A stretch of 64,000 nt of DNA, taken from assembly GCA_030704615.1 (NCBI GenBank), contig CM060734.1, positions 21,080,001 to 21,144,000 on the forward strand, given 5' to 3'. Shown here in pieces: positions 1 to 11,675 of this stretch; the stretch's first letter is position 1, and every line of letters begins with the position of its first letter. The notes below the pieces were generated by a model that searched no databases, was not told the origin of the DNA, and was given only the letters and a program-made list of their open reading frames with translations. The translations under genes and the position numbers were made by a program. This DNA comes from Takakia lepidozioides. Taxonomy: Eukaryota > Plantae > Bryophyta.

Positions 1-1726
1 TATAAAGTGGGTTTTGAGGAGACGAGGGGTAGGTGTGTATGGGGGATAGATAGTATAAGAGTGTGTGCGGGGGGTAATTTTAGGGGTAGCAGAGTGGGTA
101 AGGGTGGAGCTAGACGCTGGGCTGTGTATGAGGGGGCTTATTGTGCGGGAGTGAGTATGAGAGCTATTAAGGTGGGTTTGATAAAGAGTGAATATGAGTT
201 TTGGGTGGGTGGTGAGTATAGGTTTTAGAGAGGGAGAAATAAGATGGGTGGGTGATACATTCGGAAGGATGAAGTCAAGCAGTGGCGTGGATGAAGGTTC
301 CCGCCGTTGGATGAGATGACGGTTGTGGGTGGCAGGGATGTGGGTGCGGGGGATTTGATTAGGGGGGGACATATGGTGTTTTTGAGGTTGTGACATGTGG
401 CGGGTGTGGATTGTGTGGGACATCAGGGCACCGTGTGGTGTAGGGGGAGATTTGATTTGGCATGCGATGTATTGAGATAGACGGGTCTTGGGTGTGGGAA
501 TCCAGAGACTTGGTTCACAGGCACAACAATGTATAAGGGGTTTTTATTGTGTGGGAGTTAGTATGTGAGGCTATAGGGTGAGGCTGAAAAAGATCGAATT
601 TAACATGGGTTTTTGGTGGATGGTGGGTATAGGGAGAGTGAGATAAGTGGGCAAGTTGCATAGATGGATGACGTCTGGCTAGGATGCGGATGAGGGGACA
701 TATGACTGGATGAAGTGACGGTTGCGGGTTGCAGGCGTGCGGCCGGGGGGGGGGGGGGGGGGGATTTGATTTGTGGCGTTTTCGAAATTGTGCCAGGTGG
801 GGAGTGTGGGTGGGCTGACATAGCGGGGCGACACGTGGTATATAGGGGGGGGAGCTGCGAGCGGAGTGTTTAGATATACAAGACTGGGGTGCGAGATGCC
901 AGAGGTTTGGTACATGGGCATAACAGTGCATGCAGAGCCCGGGGAGGTGGTGGGGGCGTGGGATTTGGGTTGTAAGGTGACGATGGTGTATAACGTAAGA
1001 GAACTCGAGAGACATAGAGGGTCCTAGGATAACAGAGGGAAATCTTGCATATTGCATAGTGTTTGCTAGGAGTACACAATTGCTGTGGCCTACCGCAAGA
1101 GTAAGGAGTAAGAGGACAAAAAATAGAGCTACACAGTATGATGTGAGATGGTGTGATTTGCGAAGTGTATCTATGCCGTGTAGACTGGCCGTGAGCTTAA
1201 ACATTTACCATGGTGGCATTCGTGGGAGAGAGTCCTGGCACTTGGGCGTTGACAATGGTCGGGAGTTGTGCAGGAGCTGGGAGAGCCCCGAGCAGTGTCT
1301 TGGTCCAAGCTGTATTGGTGAAGTCGAGGCAGGGGGGGGGGGGGTGTGTGATGGGCATCTCTATCAGAGTCGGTGGCTTGTAGCTGCCAGCCAGTGCCTC
1401 CGCTGTATTGGCAATGGCATAGTGCCCGCCTGGTTGGTTGGCCAGCCCTGGAGGTGGGGGCAGCTTCTCGAGTATCAACCTCGCATGATTGTAAAAACTT
1501 GCCAAGTTGGCTCCTAAATTCTTGGCAATAGAATCTTGGAGCGATACTAAATAGGTGTGATGTGTCTCCTGCTGAGTTGCCAAGGTAAGTGCTACCCTAG
1601 ATTCCATAGCCCCAAGGTCACTCTGACTTGATTGAAATCGCCTGAGCAGCTAGCTTCTTATCAATCTCAGACATCATTGCTTCATGTCCCTGCTTGGAGT
1701 TTGTGTCTGACTTGATGCTGAGAGAC
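1..1726 (-). mobile_element. Degenerate non-LTR (LINE-like) fragment: ORF1 C-terminus plus 5' part of a His/Pro/Thr-rich ORF2
   Basis: The stop of ORF 1197..1607 overlaps the start of ORF 515..1204 (GTAAATGTTTAA on the minus strand). The coding strand is strongly C/A-rich. Architecture and composition match 57865-59774, which carries a 2A-like motif. No RT or endonuclease is visible in the window. Confidence 0.4.
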
Positions 1727-1760
1727 GGGTCAATGCAGGATAGGGTGGGCCAAAAACGGC
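1727..1760 (+). repeat. Orphan terminal inverted repeat of the GGG-ended (Sola2-like) DNA transposon family
   Basis: GGGTCAATGCAGGATAGGGTGGGCCAAAAA resembles the TIR of the MITE at 52759-53236 and the end at 19231. Confidence 0.55.
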
Positions 1761-2289
1761 AGAATCTGGAGTCCTCGAGTCCATTTTCATGGACAGTATA
1801 TTTTTTCCTTCATTCCTTCTCTCAGAGGACTCAAACCTAAAGGACTTAAGCTCTCTCCGAATCATGGTTGCTGAGTTACAGCTGGAGCTTTCAGATGGAG
1901 CAGTACAATGAAACTATCCCATGCTTTAGTATACTCTACAGCTCCAACTTCTGTAAAAGTGGTAAGCTCAAGATTGCCAAACCCCTTGACCCATTCAATC
2001 TATGCTCCAGGATCAGACTCTTTCCTTGCTTCATCCTCGGCCTTTGGTTGGCTTGGTCCCTCTACATTCACCGTGGATCCATCTTCTCTCCTTGCACTTT
2101 CTCTTGCCTCTATATTGTCATCCCTTCTCTCATGTACCTGGTCTGGGGAGTTGTCCCTAGGAGCCACATTGTTGAGCGGCTTTTACTCACCCATCCCTTC
2201 GCTATCCGAGGTGGAAACTCCAAGGTAGAAGAGTTGGATATCTCTAAGTACCCATCCCGCTCAGAACAATCAGTCACGACCTATAGCTA

Positions 2290-2983
2290 GTGTATCATGG
2301 GGGTGCTTTCCTATATCTATTCCTTCTTGCATTCATGTTTAGTAAGTTACCTAACTGTCTAGGTCTATGTATCAGATTGCTTATGCAATCTACCATGTTC
2401 CATCTACTTAAGCATTCATTCCACAGCTTCACTCAGATCTCTCTACACAGTGTGAGTTATATGAAATAGGAATCAGATTTATATCTATCATGTATTAGGC
2501 CGAAACCATGGTGTCTCTATTTTGCCCTACAATACATCTCTACAGCTTGCATGTATCAAGCATCAACAGATCGTCTCTCCTCCTCCACCGTGCTCTCCAT
2601 ACCGCTCCCTGTGTCAAGCTGTGACCTGTGTGACGCTGTGACGGGCTGTGCCAAGCTGTGTCAGACTGTGACTGTGCCGGGCTGTGTCGGGCTATGACTT
2701 AACTGTGTCGGGCCGTGACTAGCTGTGTCAGACTGTGACGTGTAGTACTGTGACAGACCGTGTCAACTGTGTGTTGTGCCGAGCTGTGATAGGCTGTGTC
2801 AGCCTGTGACTGCTGACTGTGTGAGCCTGTTACCACCCCTAAGGCCTGTGTCTATCACCCCTAAGGCCTATGTTGGTCTGAGTCTACCACACCTTAAGGC
2901 TGCGCAAAATTACGGGTACCCCACAGAACCCGTAAAATTGTCTAAGTCCCAAACAACCCTCTAACATTATCCCTCCCCCTCTC
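2290..2983 (-). mobile_element. 3' LTR (distal end unresolved) and polypurine tract of an LTR retrotransposon
   Basis: On the minus strand, the PPT GAGAGGGGGAGGG (2971-2983) is followed by TGTTAG at 2966. Degenerate CTGTG(A/C) micro-repeats lie at about 2610-2830, with similar ones at 19080-19160. Confidence 0.55.
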
Positions 2984-3004
2984 AAAAAGCCGTGCCCTCA
3001 CGGT

Positions 3005-4447
3005 TTACTGCTTAGGATCAGCAAACCTCTGCGACCGAGCACTCTTTTGTTGGTGAGAGTCCCTTTGAGGGATCTGTGTATGAGCCCGAGCCGTGTCTTT
3101 GGCTGGTAGGGATGACTGTCGACTAGATGGAGCTGACTGGCTTGTCTTGGGTTGATATGGTGGCAATTTCTCAGGCATAGGATATCCCCGTCGTTTCTTC
3201 TCCTCCATTTGTGTCTCATAATCCTCAGCCATGTCAAAATTTCCCTCCAAAGAACCAGTGGTATTCGAATCATCTTCCCATCGTTGGCCGTGCTGTTTCT
3301 TGACCTTCTGTGGCTTCTCAGGAAGCTTGATTGGCATACAATGTATGCCCACCATGTCTGGAATAATATGTAGTAAGACTTGTGTCAACCTCTTTCGGGC
3401 AAGACTAGTATATGCCCGCAGCTCTTCATCGGTATAGCTGAGTGGTGTGCCTATGACCTTGGAAAAGTGCAGCCACTTTCTGGCCTCATGCTCTTTGGGA
3501 AAAATGTGGTCAAGGCCCAAGTTTTGTTTTTTTAATTGCTCCAAAGCAGAAGAGAACCAATCATTAAGTTGCTTATCGACAACCAGCATGTACAGTGGTA
3601 ATGGGCACATACCACTTTGGATGTGGTTGTGGGTTCAAACCACGGTCTGGTGTGTCATGAAGGTGTCCACCTTTCAGCTGGAAGGCAGTAGCCCTTGTGG
3701 TGAAGTGACACCATAAGTTGCGTATCTCGCCGAAGCATGAGTCTCTCATCATATAGATATTTGTGGTCTAGAACTGGAGGTAACGTCCAATGCTCCCCGT
3801 TGGAATAAGTCTGAAACCTCATCTGCATCTTCTGTTGCTCAGTGTGGTAGCGTAAAACAAAGCAAGCAGCATAGTACATCCCACAGCCCATGACCAGACT
3901 AGGTACCTCCTTGGTCTTGGTATAGATGAATCCACGAACGATCTGGAAGGCAATTAATTCCTTCAGCATGGTTTCTGCCTCAGACCAGTAACGTGCGAAA
4001 TGGTGATCTTCAATGGGTCTGTCAGTTGGAAGAACCTTAGTCCGAGTTGCCACTGGCAACCAAATGCGCATGATCTGGTAATAATGTGCCAAAGATTCCG
4101 GAGGACTGAATTCTTTCCAAGCCATATCCATAACAATGGGAATTTGATTGAAGGGCAGAATCATAGCTCGATTGAATTCAAGAGCAACAGCAGTAGTAGG
4201 TGGGTTAAAAGAAGCATCACCCCAAACCTTAGGCACTGATTACTACTGTGCCATGGTATCAACACTGACTACCTGGAGTGGTTGTTGTGATGTTGTTGCC
4301 ACAGTCCCTCCTGATGTTGGCAAGGACTGGTCCTTGTGTTAACCACTCTTGCAAAAGATGATTATCCTCCAAGTCCTGTGTAACACCCCTGAGATCATGC
4401 TCCTCCTTGAGCCTGTATGTTTCCAACTTCTGTTGTAAGCTCTCCAT
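3005..4447 (-). pseudogene. Extra 3' ORF of an LTR retrotransposon (unknown function, coiled-coil N-part), broken into pieces
   Basis: ORFs 4259..4447, 3655..4236 and 3005..3610 end immediately before the hairpin and PPT. They are homologous by eye to 5343-6822 (ILPFNQIP/VVPAHQIP, KELIAF/KELVAY, LVMGC/IVMGC, YTDEEL/WTKEEL). Confidence 0.6.
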
Positions 4448-4477
4448 TCGCTTCGCATGAGGCTCAACCAGAGCTGC

Positions 4478-5316
4478 TGTTAACTGTTGGTTTATGACTT
4501 AGACAAAACAGGCTATCAGCACTACTGCCCATGTTTCCCAAGACATGCAACAGAGGTTGTCCGACGGTATGCTTACAGAAACGATTACAAAGTAATCGTT
4601 TTAAGGATAACTAAACCATGGACGTCGTATGAATCAATATCTCTACAGGTTGCTTAATCCTATTGATTAAGCCCAACCTACAGTCTCTTTGGCCTAAAAG
4701 ATCTTAGTCGAAAAGACTGAAGCCTCTTTGTTCATACAATCAAATGGTAGTCAAGACAAAACAAGAGCTATTCTGAGATGATACACATTCTCACCATCTC
4801 ATGTTCTCTCATAATGCACATTCTCTCCATCTCACGTTCACTCTACACAGAGATACGTCGAATAGCATGGCTTTACTTCAAAGTTCCTCCCATCATCGCA
4901 GAAGTACACATCTGAGTCCACTGAATACACACTAATCACTATGCTCGAAAGAGCCATTACAGCCTGCAGTCGTTAATGACCGTTTGCCTAACTGCCTACG
5001 CAACCTAAAGGGTTTGCTAAAAAAATTGGCTCGTTGTAGTGGTCATGTGGTAAACGGTCCACTACTTCCTCTATTAATAAAAGCCGATGCTAACGTGGCC
5101 GTGTGATATCGTGGTTCACGGCCCACGGTTGCTACACTACCCACTACTGCTCCCGTGGTAATGTACCCTTGTTCCGCCATTTGCTAAGTACCGCGTACTT
5201 AGCCTTTTCTGCTTGTGACCAGGTAGTGTACACCAATCACCACCCGGTACGTCCCGTTGTGACCCTCGCTGTCTGGCCCTCGTAGCTTAGCCGTTATCAT
5301 TTAGTCCCCCCCCTCT
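4478..5316 (-). mobile_element. 3' LTR (4478-5299, TGATAAC...GTTAACA) and PPT of a second LTR element nested in the first
   Basis: TG...CA ends with an imperfect inverted terminus; PPT GAGGGGGGGG at 5306-5315. Clear nucleotide similarity to the LTR at about 50115-50915 (for example gcagttaggcaa..gtcattaacgac..gcaggctgtaa). Confidence 0.7.
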
Positions 5317-5342
5317 TTTGAAATTGTGTCCGCACAATTTCG

Positions 5343-6822
5343 TCAGTTCTTGTGCTTGCTGTATCTCTTGGGGATGTAGGGTGGTGGCATGCCTGTCTGC
5401 TGGATAGGAAGTGTGTCCCAGGATTGTCGCGGTGGCAGCTTCTTGTTTATGTTGTCATCACTGTCTGGTTGCTCCTGTGGTTCATGAGTGGGCCAGCTTT
5501 CGTCATCGGGGTGTTTTGCTATTCCGTCCCCATGTATCATGTCGATTTTGGTGGTCAAGGTTTCTTGGTAGGTTTGCAGCTCCTCCTTGGTCCAGGGTAT
5601 AATGTTCTTAGTCGCCCTGCTGCCCATTAACCAGTTAATAGCTTGCGTCCTTGTTTCTCTGAAAGGGTGGTCTCTGTCCAAGACCAATGGTGAAAAGTGG
5701 TCTTTCGCCTGGCGCCATGCTTCAACATATAGAGGTCTATTCATATATGCTGAAGTGCCTGCGACTCTCTCTGGTGGCTAGAATTTGGGTAATTCCCAGT
5801 GAGTATCTTTTTCAATACTCTCATAGCGCTGCCATCTTCCCCTCATTGTCACGAACATCCGGTACAAGTAACTGCCAATATAGAAACTTGGGCAGCCCAT
5901 TACAATGTCTACTGCCGGGGTAGGATTAATCTTCAATTGCCCCACTACCCACATGTAAGCTACTAGCTCCTTGTACTCCAGGGGAGCCTGGCGCCAGAAT
6001 TCAACCAATTCTGCCCTTGACCATGTCTCCTCCCTAGCCAGTGGCCTCATCCTGTATCTCAAAGGTATGAGAGTTTGATTGAGCAAATGCAATGGACCCA
6101 ATGACCTGCAGGGGGTTAAGGTTTTGAATACATTTTCTAGTATTTCTGGGATTTGGTGGGCTGGGACTACCATTATTTTAAAGTATTCCTCTGAATACTT
6201 TAGCCACTCCCCATCCTGCTTGCATGGCATGATTTAGAAATCATCCACTGCTACCAAAGTTGATGCCACCAGAACACTTGGTAATGGTACCTCCTGAGTA
6301 GATGGCCCTGCTGTGGCCTGTACCAGTGCCTGTTGACTTTGTGGTGGTTGTGTTGTTGGTGGTGTTTGTGCAGGTGTTGTTGTTGTTGATTGTATCGGTG
6401 CTTCTTGTTCATGGTCTTGCTCCTCTTGATCGTCTTCGTCCATGAGCTCATCTTGTTCTGGAATTGGTGGCAGAAATTCCTGTCTGTCACCAACTTCGCC
6501 AATTGACATTTCATTTTGTCTTACCATTGCCCTGTTGAGTTTCTTCATTTCTAGTTCACTCCCTTCACTCAACCAGGCTCTGGCCAAGGCTGCGTCTGCT
6601 GCGTCCAGCCCTGCTTGCAGTGTCAGCTTCTCCAGCTGCTGTTTCCATTCTTGTTCATTGCCCATGGCAATGTTTCTTTCTGTGGTGGCTGTGAACAACC
6701 TGCTTTCAGCATTTTCCCTTTCCCTCAGCAGTACGGTGTTGTATGAGAATCACTTGCTTCCCTGGTCTTTGGCAGTCTTCAGCTGCCCCTTGAGTGTATC
6801 CACTTGCTCCTTAAGTGTGCAG
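5343..6822 (-). pseudogene. Extra 3' ORF of the second LTR retrotransposon, disrupted and cut at its 5' side by the MULE-like unit
   Basis: ORFs 6234..6698, 5778..6230 and 5343..5744. A coiled-coil segment (TLKEQVDTLKGQLK) reads up to about 6822. Homologous to 3005-4447. Confidence 0.6.
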
Positions 6823-7238
6823 CGTAGCTACGGCGTGAGTCCGGCCCCGTGAGCGTGGGAGCTGAGCTCACGTTGTAGCTGCAAAGCGTGAGCTGAGCTC
6901 ACGCTTCAAGGAAGCGTGAGCGGCACAAATCTGCAGGAGAAGCAGGTCCTATAGGCGAGGATTGCAAGAAGAGGGCCTATTACCGTGGACAAAACAAAGG
7001 GGGCCACCATGCACCATGTCTGCAATGCCTGCACAAAAAGAGGAATATGAAAATATGGCAGAATTGAGCTCATAATGATTGACACACTTTATTTCAATTC
7101 ACAGATAGACGTTTACAATGAATGGCATGTGCATTTACCCTGGTTCCGTGAACAAAATGTATGTGTTTGTCCTAAATGCAAAGTCTTCACATGGTAACCT
7201 GGAAATCAGCGTGGGAAGCGGGCATGGCTCGTATGTGT

Positions 7239-10200
7239 TCAAAGAGAATTTGGCGGAGCCCTACGTGAGGTGTCCCGCTGCAGAAGGGTGATGACTTCTC
7301 CGTAGCCTAGTGTGGCTTGGTGAATGAATTGGTCTCTCTTACCGTCGCAACACATAATTACAAGGTATATGTAATATTGATGCTTGAAGGGGACCCACTT
7401 CCCTCTCATGCCGAGAGCGCCCTCACGCATCGTTACAAAATCCGGACAAGTGCAAGTAGGGAAATTCCCCACGGTAACCTGATATTCTTTGCCATGAAGA
7501 ACTGAGCCAATAGACAACACTGTGTAAATCCGTCCATACCCCGGGGCAGGGACTTCGGTGATACGAGCCACCCGAGCCTGCAAAATTCTAGCCGATTCCA
7601 TCTTGCATTCGTGATCTGCACCCGAAGCGACACGACGCACTGTTTTTCCATCTCTTTTTGTTGGGTGGGAGTCGGCACCGGGTGGAGGCATTGCCGGAGC
7701 ATGTGGCACATCTGTGCCGACAGTGCACAAGGGCACCACCCGGGACCGTGCAAGACAAAACCCTCCCTCCTCCAGCATGCTTATCTCGGTTGTTGACATC
7801 GAGGTCCCAAGTTTCACAGGCCAAATTGCGGGGGGAGGGGGTTTCATTATCACCGAAGGACGAACTGTTCCCTTGACGCATCGTGCCATATTATCTAGGC
7901 AGAACCAGAACTTGTGGTCCTTTGACTCCCCACTATGATAAGGTCGGAACAACCCTGTGAATGTTGGAGCTGGAGTCCCCCTGGAGCCTTTGCATATTTT
8001 TTATTTGCATTTCTTGAAAGAGGGGGTCGAATTGCCATGCAAGCAACTCTAGATCCTGGTGGGGTGCGTTCTATATGCCACTCACTATCAATGCAATCAG
8101 ATTCCTGCACCATGGCCACCACCTCCTCCAATGGGATTCCTGCTGCTGTGCTTGCATGTTCTGCACCCGCTCCACTGGAGGAGGACCCACCTGGGAAGGG
8201 GCTGGCACACGACTTACTCTGCACTGGAGACACCTTTGGCACAGAGAAATTGACCCTGTCTGGGCGATGGGAATCTCCATCTGACCCTGGAAGAGTGTTC
8301 AATTTCCTTTTACATGATCCAAATCTTTCCTCGCCTTCCAAATGAGGGAGCCTAGATTGCAAAGGGGAGCCTTTAGTGCACCTGTTTAGAGCTCTGGCCA
8401 TCTTCGATGGGTCTCCGGACCTACTCGCAGCCCTTAGCATCAACAAAGTCGTACCGGGGCCCTTGCCTCCACCCCGTCCCATCAGAAAATTGCGGTATCT
8501 GGTTTGTTGTGTAAGTGCCCGCACCATGTCATCAGCAGTGGCCACATACAAGTCACGACCTGCTTTGATAGATTGCTGCATCCAGGCATTGTGAACAGTC
8601 TCCGCCAAATTACAGGATGGCATGTCGGCCAAGTCCTCCAAGGACATGTCCTGTAGGAGGCATTGCATGGAAATGTGAGGAACGAAAGGAAATGGAAGAG
8701 GTTCTGCAAGCGACAATCCAAGAACCCCAAATGAAGAGGCACGATGCAAAATTTGTGTTTTTGGGATTGAAGAGGCTTACCGTCGTCATGAAAGCTCCCC
8801 ACTGTCTGTACCTGAAGTGCTAGAAAACCAACCAGTCCTCCAACTCCTTCAGGTGGATACCAGTAGCAGCACCAGAGGAGAACTACCAAGCCCGGATTGC
8901 CTGGTAAGTGCTCTCAGTTTCTCCCATTGAGGTGGCATTTTTGTACTTGAGACAGAGCCTTCTGTGCTCCAACTAAAGGTCAGGGTGAATGCAGCGCTTT
9001 GTATGACGTGCCAGAGATTGGCTCCAATGGAAGAGGCATGTGCGCTCCCTATTTTCCATTGGGACCTTAGGATCCCCCGAACCAAACACGCGCCGCACTG
9101 CATTGAAATTTGCCTGTGCACTATCAGCCATGAAGCCCGCAAAATTTGTGTTCTGTATTCCATTGCGCTGCATGACGGCCAGGAGCGAATTCCACATGAG
9201 CATCTGGGATTCAGTGTCCTCCGACTGCATATCACAAATTGCTATTGAGAGCACACGCTGGTACGCTGGATCATACACATGGCACGCCATGGTTGTCCAA
9301 CCCTTCGCCCGTTTGCAGTGATCAAACATCAACCAACATTTAGCCAAATCTCATCCAGGTTGCATTCGGCGGACAATGCTCACACCACTACCTTTGCCCA
9401 CTGCGGACATCTTGAACAAATACACCTTGGACGAGCCCTGGCCAGGGAAGATACTGTTTTGAATGAATTCATAGCGACTTCTCCGTTTGAGGTCCATAAT
9501 GTTGTCCATGAATCCAGCAGTGCCTGTGCCGACTCTGAGTGCATTCACATGTTTTCGAATATTGAGAGAGCTCAACACGGAGAAATGGTCCATCACTGCA
9601 TCAAGCGAATCTGCATCCAGCATTGGTTGTGTCGAATCCCCTTCACCCAGTATGTGTTTTTCCAGGAAAGCCTTGCTAGCTGCAAGCGCTATAGCAGAAG
9701 GTGTTGCACAAGGGGCATTGTGGAACTCCTGCTTCAGTAGATTTCTAGCGATGTCCACGCTATCCCTGCAACTTCCTTTGGACACATGATGCTCGTGTGC
9801 ACCCATATGAATGCAGGCACGAGTCATTGTTTTGCATCGATGTGCCACCTGGTACATACGAGCGTGGCACACAGAAACACAGGACGGGGAAAGTTTGCAG
9901 AACCTGCACACAAAAGTATTGGTCTTGGGAGGGGCAAGTCCTGGGGTGAAAGGATTCAGGGGCACACCTTCCCACTCACTTTCGTTTGGTTGAGCGCTGT
10001 TTCTCATCCGAGGGCAAGAAATATTCAGGCACTTGCAATGCCCAACGCAAACCGACCTTTGAAATTTCAATCCAATGTCGTTGTGGATGTTCGACGTTTT
10101 TGTCCTGCACCAAGGGTGTCCGTCATGTTTCTTGTCCATGCCCTGCAGAAGCCCAGCCAGTCCATTGGAAGACGTGGGAGGGTTGAGCTCAAACAAGATG

Positions 10201-10802
10201 TCCCCATCAAACTCTGCTGGCACGTATTGAACCCGCTGCACACGAAAGGATTCCCAATCAACAAAATGCAGGACGCTCTTGCACCCAGGCACCCCTGCGA
10301 GGGCTTTCAATTTTGGAATGACACTCGTTATCTCTTGCAATTCGTCATCATCCAAGAATGGAGTCTGCACTGGCGGAGGAATCTCAGAAACATCCTCCGA
10401 GGACAAGTCTGAAAGAGTCACGAATGTAGTGGATGTGCTCACCTCTTGTTTCACATGAACTGTGCCATTTTGCTGCACGACCGATGCTGCAGTTCCAGGG
10501 GTAATGACTGATCCTGCTGATTGTCTTCTCTCTTTTCCAAGGACACGGTATGTGCCTGGAAGGACTCTCCACTTCCTTCCACACTCGCCAACCAATGGTT
10601 TCTCCAAGTGTCCAGAATCCAAATTCCCATCCTCGTCATACACCTCTTTTTGAACAAGCAGAGAACCCAATTCCAGTGGGAACACTGTAACCAGCTCATC
10701 CTCATGAACAACTACAAACCCATCGTCGTCTGCAGTGGCAGTCAGTGGAAGACTACCTGCATTGGAATGAAATCGGGCGAGTCTATCTCGCTCCCTCGAC
10801 AT
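7239..10802 (-). pseudogene. Mutator-like (MULE) DDE transposase with N-terminal GCM/WRKY-like Zn finger and C-terminal SWIM Zn finger; disrupted
   Basis: DGHPW..RSVCVGHCKC..C..FVCRFC..C..IHMGAHEH is a GCM-like finger. WLMFDH (D1), FMADSAQAN (D2), CLFHW (CxxH) and CNLAETVHNAW (E) form the catalytic core. CTCPDF..PFKHQY is a SWIM finger with one Cys mutated. One GT-AG intron at 8651-8780; in-frame stops at 9351, 8973 and two more near 8820-8885; frameshift near 8010. Confidence 0.8.
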
Positions 10803-11675
10803 GTTTTCCTACGCTGACCGAAAGTTGCGATTCACAACGGAATCCCCGAACTGATAGCCCGTAATTCTCGAAAGGGGATCCACCACAAACAAATTGAGGT
10901 CAACAAGGGTAGCACTAACCCAAAGGCTGCGGGCGATGCATCAAAAGGATGTAGGAATGACATGCACTGAACTTCGCAGTCAACCACGTTGAGAGACACC
11001 AACCAGAAAAACTGTTTTCAAAAACAAGAAGCCACAAGAAGCCGTGCTGTTTTTGGATAAAAAACGAACCCTGAACATGACATGAAACCATCCATTATGG
11101 AAAGACGGCAACAACCCTGGAGAGCAGTAATCAGGAAGACCCCGAATGTAATGAGTTGTGCTGTGCCAGAAGAGCACAGCACAAACATTGACACTCCAAG
11201 AGTCACCTCGCACGGATGTGTGCAACACAAGATCATTTCCGACACAACCCTTTATACCGAATGACCCCATGGCGACGATGATGGCAAAATGCAAACCACA
11301 GGGTAGGCAGTACGACACACGTGGATGCATATGTGAAGCATAACATTTATGGTGAATCTGCAAGAACTGCTCGAAATTGAACTAGCATTAGATTTCTACG
11401 GCACTTCCCAATTTGAAAGAATGCAAGAAGGCCGCCATGTATTGGCAGGCGGCGAAGTACATCTGACATATATCACAAGTACATGCAACGGATGTACATA
11501 TTTTCTAGCACTTTATTTCTTGGATAATACAAAGACGCCGAAATGGATGAATTCCGTTCGCACACAATAACAACACCCGCATCCAAATACGGTTGACAAT
11601 GTCCAATTTTGATTTTGGTTACATGCCATAACAACCCTTGTTGCAAACGTTAAACTGGAGAGCTCTAGAGGCATC

